Below are positions 1-12,455 of a DNA stretch of 64,000 nucleotides, piece by piece. The translations under genes were made by a program, and so were the position numbers. The notes beneath the pieces are model-generated. The model worked only from the letters and a program-made list of their open reading frames with translations, searched no databases and was not told the DNA's origin. The DNA comes from Dendrobates tinctorius (Eukaryota): contig NW_027361698.1 in NCBI RefSeq assembly GCF_039654945.1, positions 20,646,001 to 20,710,000 on the forward strand, given 5' to 3'. Within the stretch, counting starts at the first letter, position 1, and each line of letters opens with the position of its first letter.

Positions 1-27
1 AGAAGACATGCAGAAGGTGGTTCCTTA

Positions 28-662
28 ATGTCCCGTTACACTAAACGATGCACCAGCGATCCCGACAACGATACGACCTGGTCAGGATCGCTGGTGCCTC
101 GCTACATGATTGCTGGTGAGCTGTCAAACAGGCAGATTTCACCAACGATCAGGACCAGCGAGGACACTGGTATCCAAGGTAAATATCGGGTAACTAAGCG
201 AGTGCGTCGCTTAGTTACCCGCTGTGTACCTTGGATACCTGCGTGCTGGCACTGGGAGCTGGTATCCAAGGTAAATATCAGGTAACTAAGCGCGCGTCAC
301 TTAGATACCCTCTATGTACCTTGGATACCAGCTCCCAGCGTGAGCACGCAGGTATCCAAGGTACACATCGGGTAACTAAGCGCCGCGCGCTTAGTTACCC
401 GATATTTACCTTGGATACCAGCTCCCAGCGTCTGCTTACAGCGCTGGGAGCTCGCTGATTGTTGCTCTCCTGCTGCCACACACAGCGATGCGTGCTGACC
501 AGCGGGAGTCCAACGATCAAAAAATGGCCCAGGACATTCCTGCACGATCAGCGATACCCGGCGGGGGGGCCGGTCGCTGATGCATGTCACACACAGCGAT
601 ATTGCTGGGGAGATCGCTGTTGCATCACAAAATCAGCGATCTCGCTGTGTGTGACGGGGCCT
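28..662. mobile_element. Harbinger-type MITE with internal palindromic repeat units
   Basis: TTA on both flanks, imperfect TIRs (..CCCGTTACAC / GTGTGACGGGGCCT). Related copies at 17638, 18591 and 20553. Confidence 0.75.
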
Positions 663-674
663 TTAGTCTCTCAT

Positions 675-1320
675 AAAAATGAGGATGAATGAACTCATGG
701 AGATCAACATCCAACACTGCGGAGACACCATCACATGTTTCTCAACGCAGTGATTCTAGAGCAATGCCCCCATCCCTTATGAGAAATATGTAAAAATATG
801 CAAAACACAAGCCGCGGAGACACCATCACATGTTTCTCAACGCAAGCAATGACTAGCCAGGTCTTTCCCCAGGAAGGAACAACCACGGAAAGGGCAGTCT
901 CCAATGAAGGAAACCACCTATGCCAAAACATGGTATCCATCCACAGACAGCTGTTTCGGGGTATTGCCCCTCATCAGTGTGGAGTAGGAAACTGGCCAGT
1001 AGGAGCAATGCCTAGTAGAAGACTGTGAAAAATGAGGATGAATGAACTCATGGAGATCAACATCCAACACTGCGGAGACACCATCACATGTTTCTCAACA
1101 AAGTGATTCTAGAGCAATACCCCCATCCCTTATGGGAAATATGTAAAAATATGCAAAACACAAGCCGCGGAGACACCATCACGTTTCTCAACGCAAGCAA
1201 TGACTAGCCAGGTCTTTCCCCGGGAAGGAACAACCACGGGAAGGGCAGTCTCCGCGGCTTGTGTTTTGCATATTTTTATATATTTCCAATAAGGGATGAG
1301 GGCATTGCTCTAGAATCACT
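675..1320 (-). repeat. 353-bp tandem repeat (about 1.6 units plus an inverted segment); Penelope pseudo-LTR or retrozyme-like
   Basis: 675-1027 repeats from 1028 to about 1252. 1252-1320 is the reverse complement of part of the unit. The first unit contains a hammerhead motif. Confidence 0.75.
940..983 (-). ncRNA. minimal type I hammerhead ribozyme
   Basis: Minus strand reads TCCACA-CTGATGA-GGGG CAATA CCCC-GAAA-CAGCTG-TC^TGTGGA: intact core, perfect 6-bp stem I, stem II, palindromic mini stem III and a GUC cleavage triplet. Confidence 0.85.
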
Positions 1321-2260
1321 GGTCCCAGGTACTTTCAGCTGCATCACATCTAATGTGGTGTACTTAACTATATGTACCAAATGTCTAGCTGGGTGTCTGT
1401 ATCTAGGGGAGACAGGGCAAACACTTAGAACAAGGAAGAATTCTTATTGCCACACGATAAAAGAAAAAAGAATAGATCTGCCTATGGCCAAACATTTTTG
1501 TATCCCTCATCACAGCCTCATGGACATAAAATTACTTATATTAAAAGGTAACATCAAGTCTCAGAGAGACAAAAGAGTCTGGTAGTATAAACTTATGACA
1601 ACCTTTCACGCACAGTGTGGGAAGACTAAGTGCATACGAAAGGATGAGGGGATGGAAGCCCAGAAATTAGATAAAAGATGAGTGGAGACCCCTAGGCACA
1701 TTTGATAACACCCTACCTGCCCTACCATCCCTAAATTGGTTCCTCACCAATCGCCAAGCAGAAAACCTAAACCCTGTATCTCCCTAGAGCTAGGCCCTGG
1801 ATAGGGGGGCAGAGGAGGATGGGCACTGGTCAATCCCCACTGTAAACTAAAGACAAAAAATAGACAGACAAGGGGAATGAACTTGGCTTGAGCAGAATCA
1901 GAGAGATATCACCAAACATCCTCAAACAGCTCCAGAGAGGAAGTAAGCCAACTGCTATAATTCCAAACCTTCACAAGGGAAAAATGTGAATATCACCAGC
2001 GACACTCTGCAAAAGACTGGGGATTTATAAACACCCAGGTCCAGGTCTGTCAACTAGGGCCGGAGGGAGGTTACTGCTGGGTTCAAGAGTCAAAAGAATT
2101 AAGGATGCATCTGTAATGCCAAACGCAGAGACCTTCTGCAGCCAGATGCAGAGTGACAGTCTGTTGCATCTGACACACTCGTAACATAACCTTTGACACA
2201 CTCAGTGCTGGAATGAATGTGTCACATGGATTTGTCTTTCTACATCAACTAAGGAATGTG
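1321..2260 (+). mobile_element. Penelope-like element 3' fragment: degenerate GIY-YIG endonuclease, interrupted by an LTR-like insert
   Basis: TFSCITSNVVYLTICTKC...LYLGETGQTLRTR...PMAKHF is a PLE-type GIY-YIG motif. The sequence resumes at about 2187 after the insert. Confidence 0.8.
1616..2186. mobile_element. solo LTR-like insertion within the Penelope fragment
   Basis: TG...TAACA ends; interrupts the PLE sequence. Resembles the LTR at 21780 in style. Confidence 0.5.
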
Positions 2261-2613
2261 TTCTTCAGACCATTTGAGGGCATCATAATCATGGACCAGA
2301 CTTATACTGAATGTGTGAACGTGGTCAGGAGAAGCATTGCAATTTTATTTTCCGGACAAGAAAAATATCTGTTGAAACACTGATCGTAAAGACTGAAACA
2401 TTGACCAAACACTTCTAAAAAAAAATTGGATCAAGAAAAATCACTGATGTGTCAATGACGTCTTACAGAAGATCTTCGTAATGTGATGTGTACCAAGGAA
2501 AGGTTGTGAATCTGACCTTCAATTTGATGAATCACTTCCACAGTGTCATTAGTAATGACAGGTTTCAATGGATATATTTGCACAAAACAGACATAAATTG
2601 TGACAATTTCCAT

Positions 2614-2670
2614 TTTATTGCTATAGATTCACAAATGCTGCAATATAAAAATGATTTATCATATTTTATT
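2614..2670 (-). promoter_or_regulatory. candidate casp6 polyadenylation signals (two AATAAA)
   Basis: TTTATT on the plus strand near 2614 and 2665, about 260-310 nt downstream of the casp6 stop. Confidence 0.5.
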
Positions 2671-2926
2671 TTAAAAAAAATGCATTCAAATCTAAATCTA
2701 TTGACCTGATCGTTCCCTACTTTTTCCTGAGAATTTGTAGTAAAAAAATGTAAAAAAATTCCCTTAACCATCAGCTACAATAACAGATTGCAGCACAACT
2801 GGTAAACATATGGAAACTTCTAACAGTAAATGAAATGTTTGCTGGTCTCTATATAGGTGTTTAATCTGAACTGAGTTACTGTTTGACCATATTCTAGTTC
2901 CGTAAGAAAAAAAAGTTGCACATTTT

Positions 2927-3159
2927 TTACTTCGGCCTTAAGTAGAGCTTCTTGGTCAGCATGGATGCAAAACAGGGGACTTGTTTTTTCCCAATCGCAT
3001 TCCTATCAAGACAGTTCTCAACCGAGCGCAGAGACACTTTTCTGTTCACCAGCGTCAGTAGTTCTGTAAACTCCAGCTCTTTTCCATACTTATTAAGTGC
3101 CTCACACAGATCCTGGATATACCAGGACCCGTTTAGAGTTTCCCGATGAGAATAGTAGC
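2927..3159 (-). CDS. casp6: caspase-6, last coding exon ([76 protein letters not shown])
   Basis: Manual translation of the minus strand matches the caspase-6 small-subunit C-terminus. AG acceptor at 3161-3160, phase 1; TAA stop at 2929-2927. Confidence 0.97.
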
Positions 3160-3542
3160 CTTAAAGGGAAAAAAAATAGAGGGAAGCACAATAAATCAAA
3201 ATACATTTAACTGTAAATTAAAATAAATTATACTAAAACCTAATGTACTGCAAAATGGAAAATGTAATGCAGTGGTTTTTTTTACAACAATTATCTAATA
3301 AAAAAAAAAAAAAGTGCTATAAACCACAGTTTTTAACCCCCTCACGCCATGGCCATTTCCATTTTTGTTTTTTCCCTTCTGCTAAGAGCCATTCCCAGTG
3401 CAGTGAAATTGCAAAAAAAATTGCAATTCACAATTGTTTTTTGTTTGTTTTTTTTTAAATTTACCATGTTCATTATATGGTAAAACTGACATGTTATTAT
3501 GATTGCCCAGGTCAGTACAAGTACGCAGATACCAAATGTATA

Positions 3543-5189
3543 CAGTTAGGTCCATATATATTTGAACAGAGACAACATTTTTCTAATTTTGGTTCTAGAC
3601 ATTACCACAATGAATTTTAAACAAAACAATTCAGATGCAGTTGAAGTTCAGACTTTCAGCTTTCATTTGAGGGTATCCACATTAAAATTGGATGAAGGGT
3701 TTAGGAGTTTCAGCTCCTTAACATGTGCCACCCTGTTTTTAAAGGGACCAAAAGTAATTGGACAATTGACTCCAAGGCTATTTCATGGACAGGTGTGGGC
3801 AATCCCTTCGTTATGTCATTCTCAATTAAGCAGATAAAAGGCCTGGAGTTGATTTGAGGTGTGGTGCTTGCATTTGGAAGGTTTTGCTGTGAAGGAAACA
3901 GCAGTCAAAGGAGCTCTCCATGCAGGTGAAACAAGCCATCCTTAAGCTGCAAAAACAGAACAAACCCATCCGAGAAATTGCTACAACATTAGGAGTGGCA
4001 AAATCTACAGTTTGGTACATCCTGAGAAAGAAAGAAAGCACTGGTGAACTCATCAATGCAAAAAGACCTGGGCACCCACGGAAGACAACAGTGGTGGATG
4101 ATCGCAGAATAATCTCCATGGTGAAGAGAAACCCCTTCACAACAGCCAACCAAGTGAACAACATTCTCCAGGAGGTAGGCGTATCAATATCCAAATCTAC
4201 CATAAAGAGAAGACTGCATGAAAATAAATACAGAGGGTTCACTGCACGGTGCAAGCCACTCATAGGCATCAAGACTCAAACGGCTAGACTGGACTTTGCT
4301 AAAAAACATCTAAAAAAGCCAGCACAGTTCTGGAAGAACATTCTTTGGACAGATGAAACCAAGATCAACCTCTACCAGAATGATGGAAAGAGAAAAGTAT
4401 GGCGAAAGCGTGGTACAGCTCATGATCCAAAGCACACCACATCATCTGTAAAACACGGCGGAGGCAGTGTGATGGCTTGGGCATGCATGGCTGCCAGTGG
4501 CACTGGGTCACTAGTGTTTATTGATGATGTGACACAGGACAGAAGCAGCCGAAGGAATTCTGAGGTATTCAGAGCCATACTGTGTGCTCAGATCCAGCCA
4601 AATGCAGCCAAACTGATTGGTCGTCGTTTCCTACTACAGATGGACAAGGACCCAAAACATAAAGCCAAAGCAACCCAGGAGTTTATTAAAGCAAAGAAGT
4701 GGAATGTTCTTGAATGGCCAAGTCAGTCACCTGATCTCAACCCAATTGAGCATGCATTTCACTTGTTAAAGACTAAACTTCAGACAGAAAGGCCCACAAA
4801 CAAACAGCAACTGAAAACCACCGCAGTGAAGGCTTGGCAGAGCATCAAAAAGGAGGAAACACAGCGTCTGGTGATGTCCATGAGTTCAAGACTTCAGGCA
4901 GTCATTGCCAACAAAGGGTGTTCAACTGAGTACTAGAAATGAACATTTTATTTACAATTATTTACTCTGTCCAATTACTTTTGGTCCCTTTAAAAACAGG
5001 GTGGCACATGTTAAGGAGCTGAAACTCCTAAACCCTTCATCCAATTTTAATGTGGCTACCCTCAAATGAAAGCTGAAAGTCTGAACTTCAACTGCATCTG
5101 AATTGTTTGGTTTAAAATTCATTGTGGTAATGTCTAGAAACAAAATTAGAAAAATGTTGTCTCTGTTCAAATATATATGGACCTAACGG
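3543..5189 (+). mobile_element. Tc1/mariner DNA transposon, full length
   Basis: About 220-bp TIRs (CAGTTAGGTCCATATATATTTGAACAGAG...), TA target duplication, internal transposase ORF. Confidence 0.96.
3920..4936 (+). CDS. Tc1 transposase (DD34E)
   Basis: 338-aa ORF with HTH region, WTDET, MDKDPKH and SPDLNPIE. 34 residues separate the second D from E. Confidence 0.95.
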   Translation: MQVKQAILKLQKQNKPIREIATTLGVAKSTVWYILRKKESTGELINAKRPGHPRKTTVVDDRRIISMVKRNPFTTANQVNNILQEVGVSISKSTIKRRLHENKYRGFTARCKPLIGIKTQTARLDFAKKHLKKPAQFWKNILWTDETKINLYQNDGKRKVWRKRGTAHDPKHTTSSVKHGGGSVMAWACMAASGTGSLVFIDDVTQDRSSRRNSEVFRAILCAQIQPNAAKLIGRRFLLQMDKDPKHKAKATQEFIKAKKWNVLEWPSQSPDLNPIEHAFHLLKTKLQTERPTNKQQLKTTAVKAWQSIKKEETQRLVMSMSSRLQAVIANKGCSTEY

Positions 5190-5409
5190 TATTTTATTTT
5201 TTATTTTAATGGTGAAAAAAAAAATGCATACATTTGTATGACAAAAAGTTTTCGCGTTTGTGCCGACCTTCTGAGCACCGTAGCGTTTTCATTTTTTGGG
5301 GATCCGGGGCTGGGTGATGACTTATTTTTGTACCCTGAGCTGCATTTTTTATTGATACCATTTTGGGGCAAATATAATGTTTTGATCACCTCTTGTTGCA
5401 TTTTACTGC

Positions 5410-6290
5410 TGTAAGAGGGTGACCAAAATGGTCATATGTCTCCCCCTTGTGAGTAAAATGGTTGTAACCGGTGCTTACAAAAGATTGTATTATATTGCAT
5501 AGAACTTTATAGGCACCAAGGTGCACAGTTAATGCAATGTTATAACGTGTTCTGATAAATGCATAATGTCTGATGTGTCATATATAGGGAAAGTATAGGA
5601 CATAAGATGTAGGATTAGCATTACATATGAGCTAGGATTTCAAACAGTGCAGTTGTAGGCACATTAGAATTGGGTAGTGTGTGGTGCCAGTTATGATACA
5701 GTTAATTGTTCAGGGAATAGCTCCAGGTTGGGAGGAGCAGGGTGAGTTAGTGAGGAAGAAAAACACTTCCTGATTTCTGGCAGTGACAGATGGGATGGAG
5801 AGATAATAGCAGTTGGCGGTCCTAGGGCACTCAGAGAATGGGCTGTTCAGCAGCAGAATGCCAGCCACAAACTGGGACAGAACTCATGGAAGCTGCAGAA
5901 ACGGGCAGAGTATCCCAGAGGCTAGGAAATGGAAGGGATAGCTCACGGCGAACGAGCAGTGGACATCAGAACGTGTTGTGTTATGGACTTTAAAAACTGA
6001 AAAGTTTGTGCCCAATATTGTGTGTCTCATTATGATGAAAATGGACAATTCTTTATTATAAAACTAACTGGATGTCCCTTAATGTGTGTGCAGTGGTTCC
6101 TGAACCCAAAGAACAGGAGAAGGCAGAAGTCTGCGACCAGCACGTGAGTGTACTGCATCACACGCATAGCACATGGGAATCGGGACACAGTGTATTTGTA
6201 ATGGTCCAGGGTGTGGGTATACAGCAGCCCCTCGCCCATGACTACCACCACCCTATGACCCTCCTTACAAGTTGGCGTAGTCGCCAGGAT
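5410..6290 (+). mobile_element. LTR retrotransposon 5' LTR (5410-6269) with tRNA-Ser-type primer binding site (6273-6290); internal region truncated
   Basis: TGTAAG...CTTACA termini followed by TGGCGTAGTCGCCAGGAT, near-complementary to a tRNA-Ser 3' end. Confidence 0.7.
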
Positions 6291-7109
6291 GAAATCATGC
6301 ATCGTGAAAACGTAAAACACACGGGGAAGATTTCAGTAAAACCTAAAATGGTGAATGATGGCACAGAGGCTGGCAAAAGCATTCTAACCCCACTTTTAAA
6401 GCACACTTCACTTTTAAAGGGTCGGTGGTTCACAAAAAGGAAGGAGGGGGAACCACCTCAACAGGACGCCCCCAGGATCTTGACGGGTCAGGACTGCAAG
6501 GACTGAAACACTTGAACTGTCGAAGCAGACATAAGTGGCCAATAGGCCTGTTGTGTTTTGAACGGACACGTTTTGTCCGGTTTCCAAGAGCAAAGGGACC
6601 AGGGCTATGCAGACCTGTGTTTAAAAGAAAAAAAAGAGAACTTGGACACGCTGTGTCGGGGTCCCCACAGTGGTGGGATGGACCCATGTATGAAATGGAT
6701 GATCTGATGTGCAAAACCGGGTTGAAGAAAATGTTAAATTCCGTGTATATCTAACATAAAAATATTTTACTAACTGTTTTAAGAATATGTTTGATGTCTT
6801 ACAGGTGCTGTCATAGTCCGGACAAACATGTTTTAGGAAGGAGGTGTGCGGACTCAGCACCGGAGCCCGCATGAAAGTCAGGAACACGACATATGATGTC
6901 ATATATCATGAAGTCATATACGTCATATGTCGTGAAGCGGTTAAAGGGTTATTCCCATCTCTGACACGGATAGGAAAAAGATGTGACAAATTTATTAGGA
7001 AGCACATGCACATTTTATCTGAGTTAACTGTATACTAAGCCTAGCCTAAGAAATGCAGATCTTTGTAACGTTACCAAATGTTCTTTAAATGTAATATAGC
7101 ATCTGATAC

Positions 7110-7269
7110 CTTCTGCAACAGAATAGCACATGATGAAATCAGCCCCAGCAGGCAGAGTATATACAGCGGCTGCATCTACTTCAGTGCTATTTGTCTCAGG
7201 GATATCCACGCTGCTGTCAGTATAGTCAGTGGCTATGACTGGCTCATCATGTTGAGCACCTCGACAAGC
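7110..7269 (-). CDS. casp6: caspase-6 exon ([54 protein letters not shown]), with catalytic Cys and intersubunit linker
   Basis: 160 bp bounded by cag| and |gtatca. Completes the QACRG motif and carries the TEVD/A processing site. Confidence 0.97.
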
Positions 7270-7710
7270 CTGCCAAAAGAGATGAGAAGAAATAATAAGT
7301 GACATGTTCATTTTCTTTTTTTAAAATTGCACATTACATGTGATGGATAATAAGGAGAAAAACCAAAACTAGAATCTTTTTCATATTAAGTCTTAACATC
7401 TGACCTGTGGGGGGTGGATAAGTGAAGGAGAAATCCAGGTCACTAGCCCCGCAGAACAGTAATTTTAATGACCATAGCTGGTTTAGATAGTCTGAGCCCT
7501 ATTGATCAATCAGTGATAGGCCATTATGTACGTTTTGGCAGAACACCATTTAAAGCAGCATAATTAATCATTTCCTAAATTATTAAAATGGCTAAGGTGT
7601 CCTTTTTGTTTAGTAAAAATATTGTTCTGATCTTATTCCACCCAGATCCTACTCACATGCTGCAACCACTGGAGGGAAACTGGTGAGAGATAGACACTAC
7701 AGGTTTTTAA

Positions 7711-8132
7711 AGGGAAGCTGTCAGGCGATCCAAGCTGCTGCAACTACTGTCAGCATGATGGAGACTGGCTGCAAAATTTCAGACAGGATTTTTTTTTTTT
7801 TAAATGCTCCCACTTCGTAGATCCAGCAAGGGGGACTATAGCCGGAGACGAGACTAGTCCGGCTCTGCCCCTGGCCCACTCATGCCAGTGCTGCTGCATG
7901 TGATTTACAGTTCTTCTCCCATGTGAGCACGAGGAGAGACCTGTCATTCACCTACAGCGGCACTGGGAAATGACGGCTGAGAGAAGAGCCAGACTAGTCT
8001 TGTCTCTGGTTATGGTCCCCAACCATATCTTCAAACGCAGAAAATTTCAGAAAATAATAAACCTGGCTGAAATCATGCAGTCAGGCTGCGATTCATGCTG
8101 CCTATAGTTTGGAAACGCCGGACAGGTTCCCT
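7711..8132. mobile_element. Kolobok/T2-type MITE
   Basis: TTAA-AGGGAAGCTGTC ... GACAGGTTCCCT-TTAA with an internal inverted repeat. Confidence 0.75.
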
Positions 8133-8697
8133 TTAATCAGCTGCAAAGTGCATTATAAAGTGTTAATGTACACATTTTACATACAGTTAACCGGCCTGAC
8201 TAGCATGAGAGATTTTCATTCCACTCAATCATTGGTGGACATGGATATTCCTTTACCGTAAATTCTGGTACTGTTAATCACCTGTCAGTGGCAGCAGTCA
8301 CATGGGAATAGACATCAATACAGGACACCAGATTACACAGAAAGTGAAGGAACGAGGCAAGAGCGCCACAAAAGCACTGACTGTGGTGACTCCGCCTACA
8401 AATCCTGATGGACAGTACACATCATGTACACTAAATGTGACTACACCCCTTTTCTCTCTTTCCTGGATAGCCAGCTTCTATTTTCTAACATTGTCACTTT
8501 TTTTTTTTTTTTTTTTTTTACAATATTTTTAATGAGATTTCATCATAATAGTAATCAACACAGAATCTCATAACCTGTATACATTTAGGTCATTGGTGAC
8601 TTCTTAAATTCTTACAATCTACAATAAAGGGTCCATAAACCTATGTATAGTTATGTTAAGAGAAAATAATACACACATTAACCATTAAAATGTGTAC

Positions 8698-8873
8698 CTG
8701 GATTATGAAAATCTTAGGCTTGCCCACTAAGCTCTGGCATTTGTCCCCTTTGAATAAAGAAGTCAGTCTTTGAATTTCAATTTTAGCATCAAAAGCATAG
8801 ACGTGATTATCTTCTCCATGGCTCAGAAACACGCAGAGGAAGCAGTCAGCATCACCGTGATCACTCATTGAAA
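8698..8873 (-). CDS. casp6: caspase-6 exon ([58 protein letters not shown]), with catalytic His
   Basis: 176 bp with AG/GT boundaries. Contains SHG and GKPKIFIIQ motifs. Confidence 0.97.
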
Positions 8874-9182
8874 CTGAAGGGTCATATGGAAAACAAAAGC
8901 ATATAAGAGACTAGCAGAATCAGACAAAAACTATACAGAATGCATGTTTCGGAGATGGTGTAAGCATGAAACTGGTAAACTACAACTATATGTGCATTAT
9001 GAAGCGAGTCGTATCGGCAAGCGGCAGAACTGCCCCTTACCACAAGGGATTTAGTGATGGTACCCCTAGTGACTTATGTGAAACTTGAACATAAAATGAG
9101 TGGATGTGATCAGTTAAATTCCATAGATTAATGGTGAAACCCATCAGAGTTTTTAGGCACTTCCCAGACCTTTAGTCACTTA

Positions 9183-9568
9183 GGCTGGTTTCGCATTTGC
9201 GTTTTTTTTGCGCTGTGTTTTTGTGCAAAAAAAGCATGCGTTTTTTTTCCTATACTTAACATGGGTGCGCATAGACATGCGTTTGTATGCGCATGCGTTT
9301 TTTTGTAGTGTGCGCCCGGGCGCACAAAATGCATCCTGTTGCATTTTTTGTGCGTCCGACCTGTCTCAAAAAAACGCATGCGCACGCAATGCGCACAAAA
9401 TCCACCCAAAAACAAATTATAGTCTATGAGAGTGCAAAAAACGCATGCATTTTTTAAAAAAACCCATGCACAAAAACACAAAACAACGCATAAAAACGCA
9501 TGATGCGTTTTTTATGTGCGTTTGCACTGCGCACGCAGCGCAAAAAAACCGCAAGTGTGAAAGTAGCC
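9183..9568. mobile_element. Harbinger-type MITE
   Basis: TTA/TAA flanks. Right end GTGTGAAAGTAGCC is identical to the right end of the autonomous Harbinger at 39553. Confidence 0.75.
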
Positions 9569-9746
9569 TAACTCCAACACATCACCACACGGTCACTTCT
9601 TTTGTAGATCTGTGGCCCGGTGTATAATATTGGGGGGTTCAATGTTGCAACGATAAATCAGACACACATAAGATATTGGATACCTGCCTACAGAATTTTT
9701 TTTTTTTTTACTACTTGAGCTTTTGTTTTCCAAATTTAGAATTTAC

Positions 9747-9823
9747 CATCATGGACTTTCTCTAGAATTTCCACAGCTTTGAGGTTATCATAGCTTTCCA
9801 CTTCAAACCCGAGGTCAGTTAGC
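9747..9823 (-). CDS. casp6: caspase-6 exon (LTDLGFEVESYDNLKAVEILEKVHD)
   Basis: 77 bp bounded by ttcttcag| and |gtaaat. Phase fits both neighbouring exons; LGFEV caspase motif. Confidence 0.95.
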
Positions 9824-9857
9824 CTGAAGAAACACAAACAATACTTATCAATATCTA

Positions 9858-11389
9858 CAAGTGCTTCTCACAAGATTAGAATATCATCAAAAAGTTAATT
9901 TCTTTCAGTTCTTCAATACAAAAAGTGAAACTCATATATTATATAGAGTCATTACAAACAGACTGATCTATTTCAAGTGTTTATTTCTGTTAATGTTGAT
10001 GATTATGGCTTACAGCCAATGAAAACCCAAAAGTCATTATCTCAGTAAATTAGAATAATTAACAAAAAACACCTGCAAAGCCTTCCGAAGCGTTTGAAAG
10101 GGTCCCTTAGTCTGTTTCAGTAGGGTCCACAATAATGGGGAAGACTGCTGACTTGACAGATGTCCAGAAGGCAGTCATTGACACACTACACAAGGAGGGT
10201 AAGCCACAAAAGGTCATTGCTAAAGAAGCTGGCTGTTCACAGAGTGCTGTATACAAGCACGTTAATGGAAAAGTTGAGTGGAAGGAAAAAAGTGTGGTAG
10301 AAAAAGGTGCACAAGCAACCAGGATAACCACAACCTTGAAAGGATTGTTAAGAAAAGGTCATTCAAAAATTTGGGGGAGATTCAAAAGGAGTGGACTGCT
10401 GCTGGAGTCATTGCTTCAAGAGCTACCACAAACAGACGTATCCAGGACATGGGCTCCAAGTGTCGCATTCCTTGTGTCAAGCCACTCATGACCAATAGAC
10501 AAAGCCAGAAACGTTTTACCTGAGCCAAGGAGAAAAAGAACTGGACTATTGCTCAGTGGTCCAAGGTGTTGTTTTCAGATTAAAGTAAATTTTGCATTTC
10601 ATTTGGAAATTAAGTTCCCAGAGTCTGGAGGAAGAGTGGAGAGGCACACAATCCAAGCTGTTGAGGTCTAGTGTGAAGTTTCCACCATCAGGGATGGTTT
10701 GGCTCCCCAAACCATGTCATCTGCTGGTGTAGGTCCACTGAGTTTTATCAAGACCAAAGTCAGCGCAGCCATTTACCAGGAAATTTAGAGCACTTCATAC
10801 TTCCTGCTTTTTGGAGATTGAAATTTCATTCTCCAGAAGGACCTGTCCACACTGCCAAAAGTACCAATACCTGGTTTAAAAACAACAGTATCACTGTGCT
10901 TGATTGGCGAGCATACTTGCCTGACCTTAACCCCATAGAGAATCTATGGGGTATTGTCAAGAGGAAGATGATGAGACACCAGATCCAGTAATGCAGATGA
11001 GCTGAAGACTTTATTCAAAGCAACCTGGGCTTCACCTCAGCAGTGCCACAGGCTGATCACCTCCATGCCACGCCGCATTGATGGAGCAAATAATGCCAAA
11101 GGAACCCCGACCATGTATTGCGTGCATTTACTGAATATATATTTCAGTAGGCCAATATTTCGGATTTTAAAATCATTTTTCAAGCTGGTGTTATAAAGTA
11201 TTCTAATTTACTGAGATAATGACTTTTGGGTTTTCATTGGCTGTAAGCCATAATCAGCAACATTAACAGAAATAAACACTTGAAATAGATAACTCTGTAA
11301 TGACTCTATATATGAGTTTCACTTTTTGTATTTAAGAACTGAACTGAAATAACTTTTTGATGATATTCTAATTTTGTGAGAAGCACCTG
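9858..11389 (+). mobile_element. decayed Tc1/mariner transposon (transposase pseudogene from 10135)
   Basis: TA-flanked TIRs of about 200 bp (CA(A/G)GTGCTTCTCACAA..TTAGAATATCATC). MGKTADLT... ORF broken by frameshifts and stops; DLNPIENLW remnant near 10923. Confidence 0.9.
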
Positions 11390-11719
11390 TATGTGAGGTC
11401 ATGCATCCATAAAGTCCCAAACTATAAAATGAGCATGCTATCTATCCCACCCAGTAATCAACATGAAAAAGGTCAATATCACTGTTTTTAGTTGTTTTTG
11501 TTGTCTCACAAAAGTTGAATTAATAAGTGACTACAATTAAAATCTATAAATTGTCCTAAAAAGATAATCCCTCATACAGTTCTATCAATGGAAGAATAGA
11601 AAGATTATGTCTGCCAGAATATGGTGACATAAAACTTTTTTTTTTTCACAAAGTAATTTTAATGTACAAAAATATAAATAAAACTATGTGTACCTTGTTA
11701 ATCATTCTGACAAAAAGTT

Positions 11720-12455
11720 AAAGGAAACCGGTCTCCAGTTTTGTGACATAGCAGCTAAAAATATCACCTTATTCAGAGTCTGCTATGCATTCCCTACATC
11801 CTTATAGGACCCCCTGACTCCCCTTGTAGACTCACGAAAACCTTTTTTAATGTCTCCCTCGCTGTATGGTAATCTTCTCAGTCCAATCCGATGGGCGTGG
11901 TTTCGGGCCTGTACACCACTCCCATCTGCTGTTGCTCGCCGTCCTATTTCATGGATAACGCCTATTGTGCCGGGCGACATCTCGTGCCTGCTCAGAAATA
12001 TTGTATTTCGCGCCTGCGCAGTATGCTTTTCCCAACTGCGGGCAAAGCTGAAAAACAGAAGTGCACGTGCGCTGGCAAACGTAGTTCCAGTACATGAGCT
12101 GGAAGTATGTGTGTTGGCGCATGACACTTCTGTTTTTCGGGTTTGCCCACAGTTGGGCAAAGCATACTGCGCAGGCGCGAAACACAATATTTTTGAGCAG
12201 ACGCGAGATGTCGCCCGGCGCAATAGGTGTTATCCATGAAGTAGGACAGCGAGCAACAGTGATGTAGAGGCCTGAAACCACGCCCATCGGTTCGGACTGA
12301 GAAGATTACCATACAGCAAGGGAGACATTAAAAAACATTTTTGTGAGTATACAAAGGGAGTCAGGGGGTTCTATAAGGATGTAGGGAATGCATAGCAGAT
12401 GCTGAGTAAGGCGATAGCAAATAAAAATATCGCCTTACTCAGCATCTGCTATTTA
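11720..12455. mobile_element. large palindromic (foldback) MITE, probably Kolobok/T2-type, right end truncated
   Basis: About 11760-12055 and 12140-12415 are imperfect inverted repeats, which explains the mirror-image ORFs. Confidence 0.65.

Noticed and set aside
11783-12312. Mirror-image ORF pairs on both strands (also 12785-13127, 19362-19720, 27157-27745)
   Set aside because: A consequence of palindromic MITEs, not bidirectional genes.
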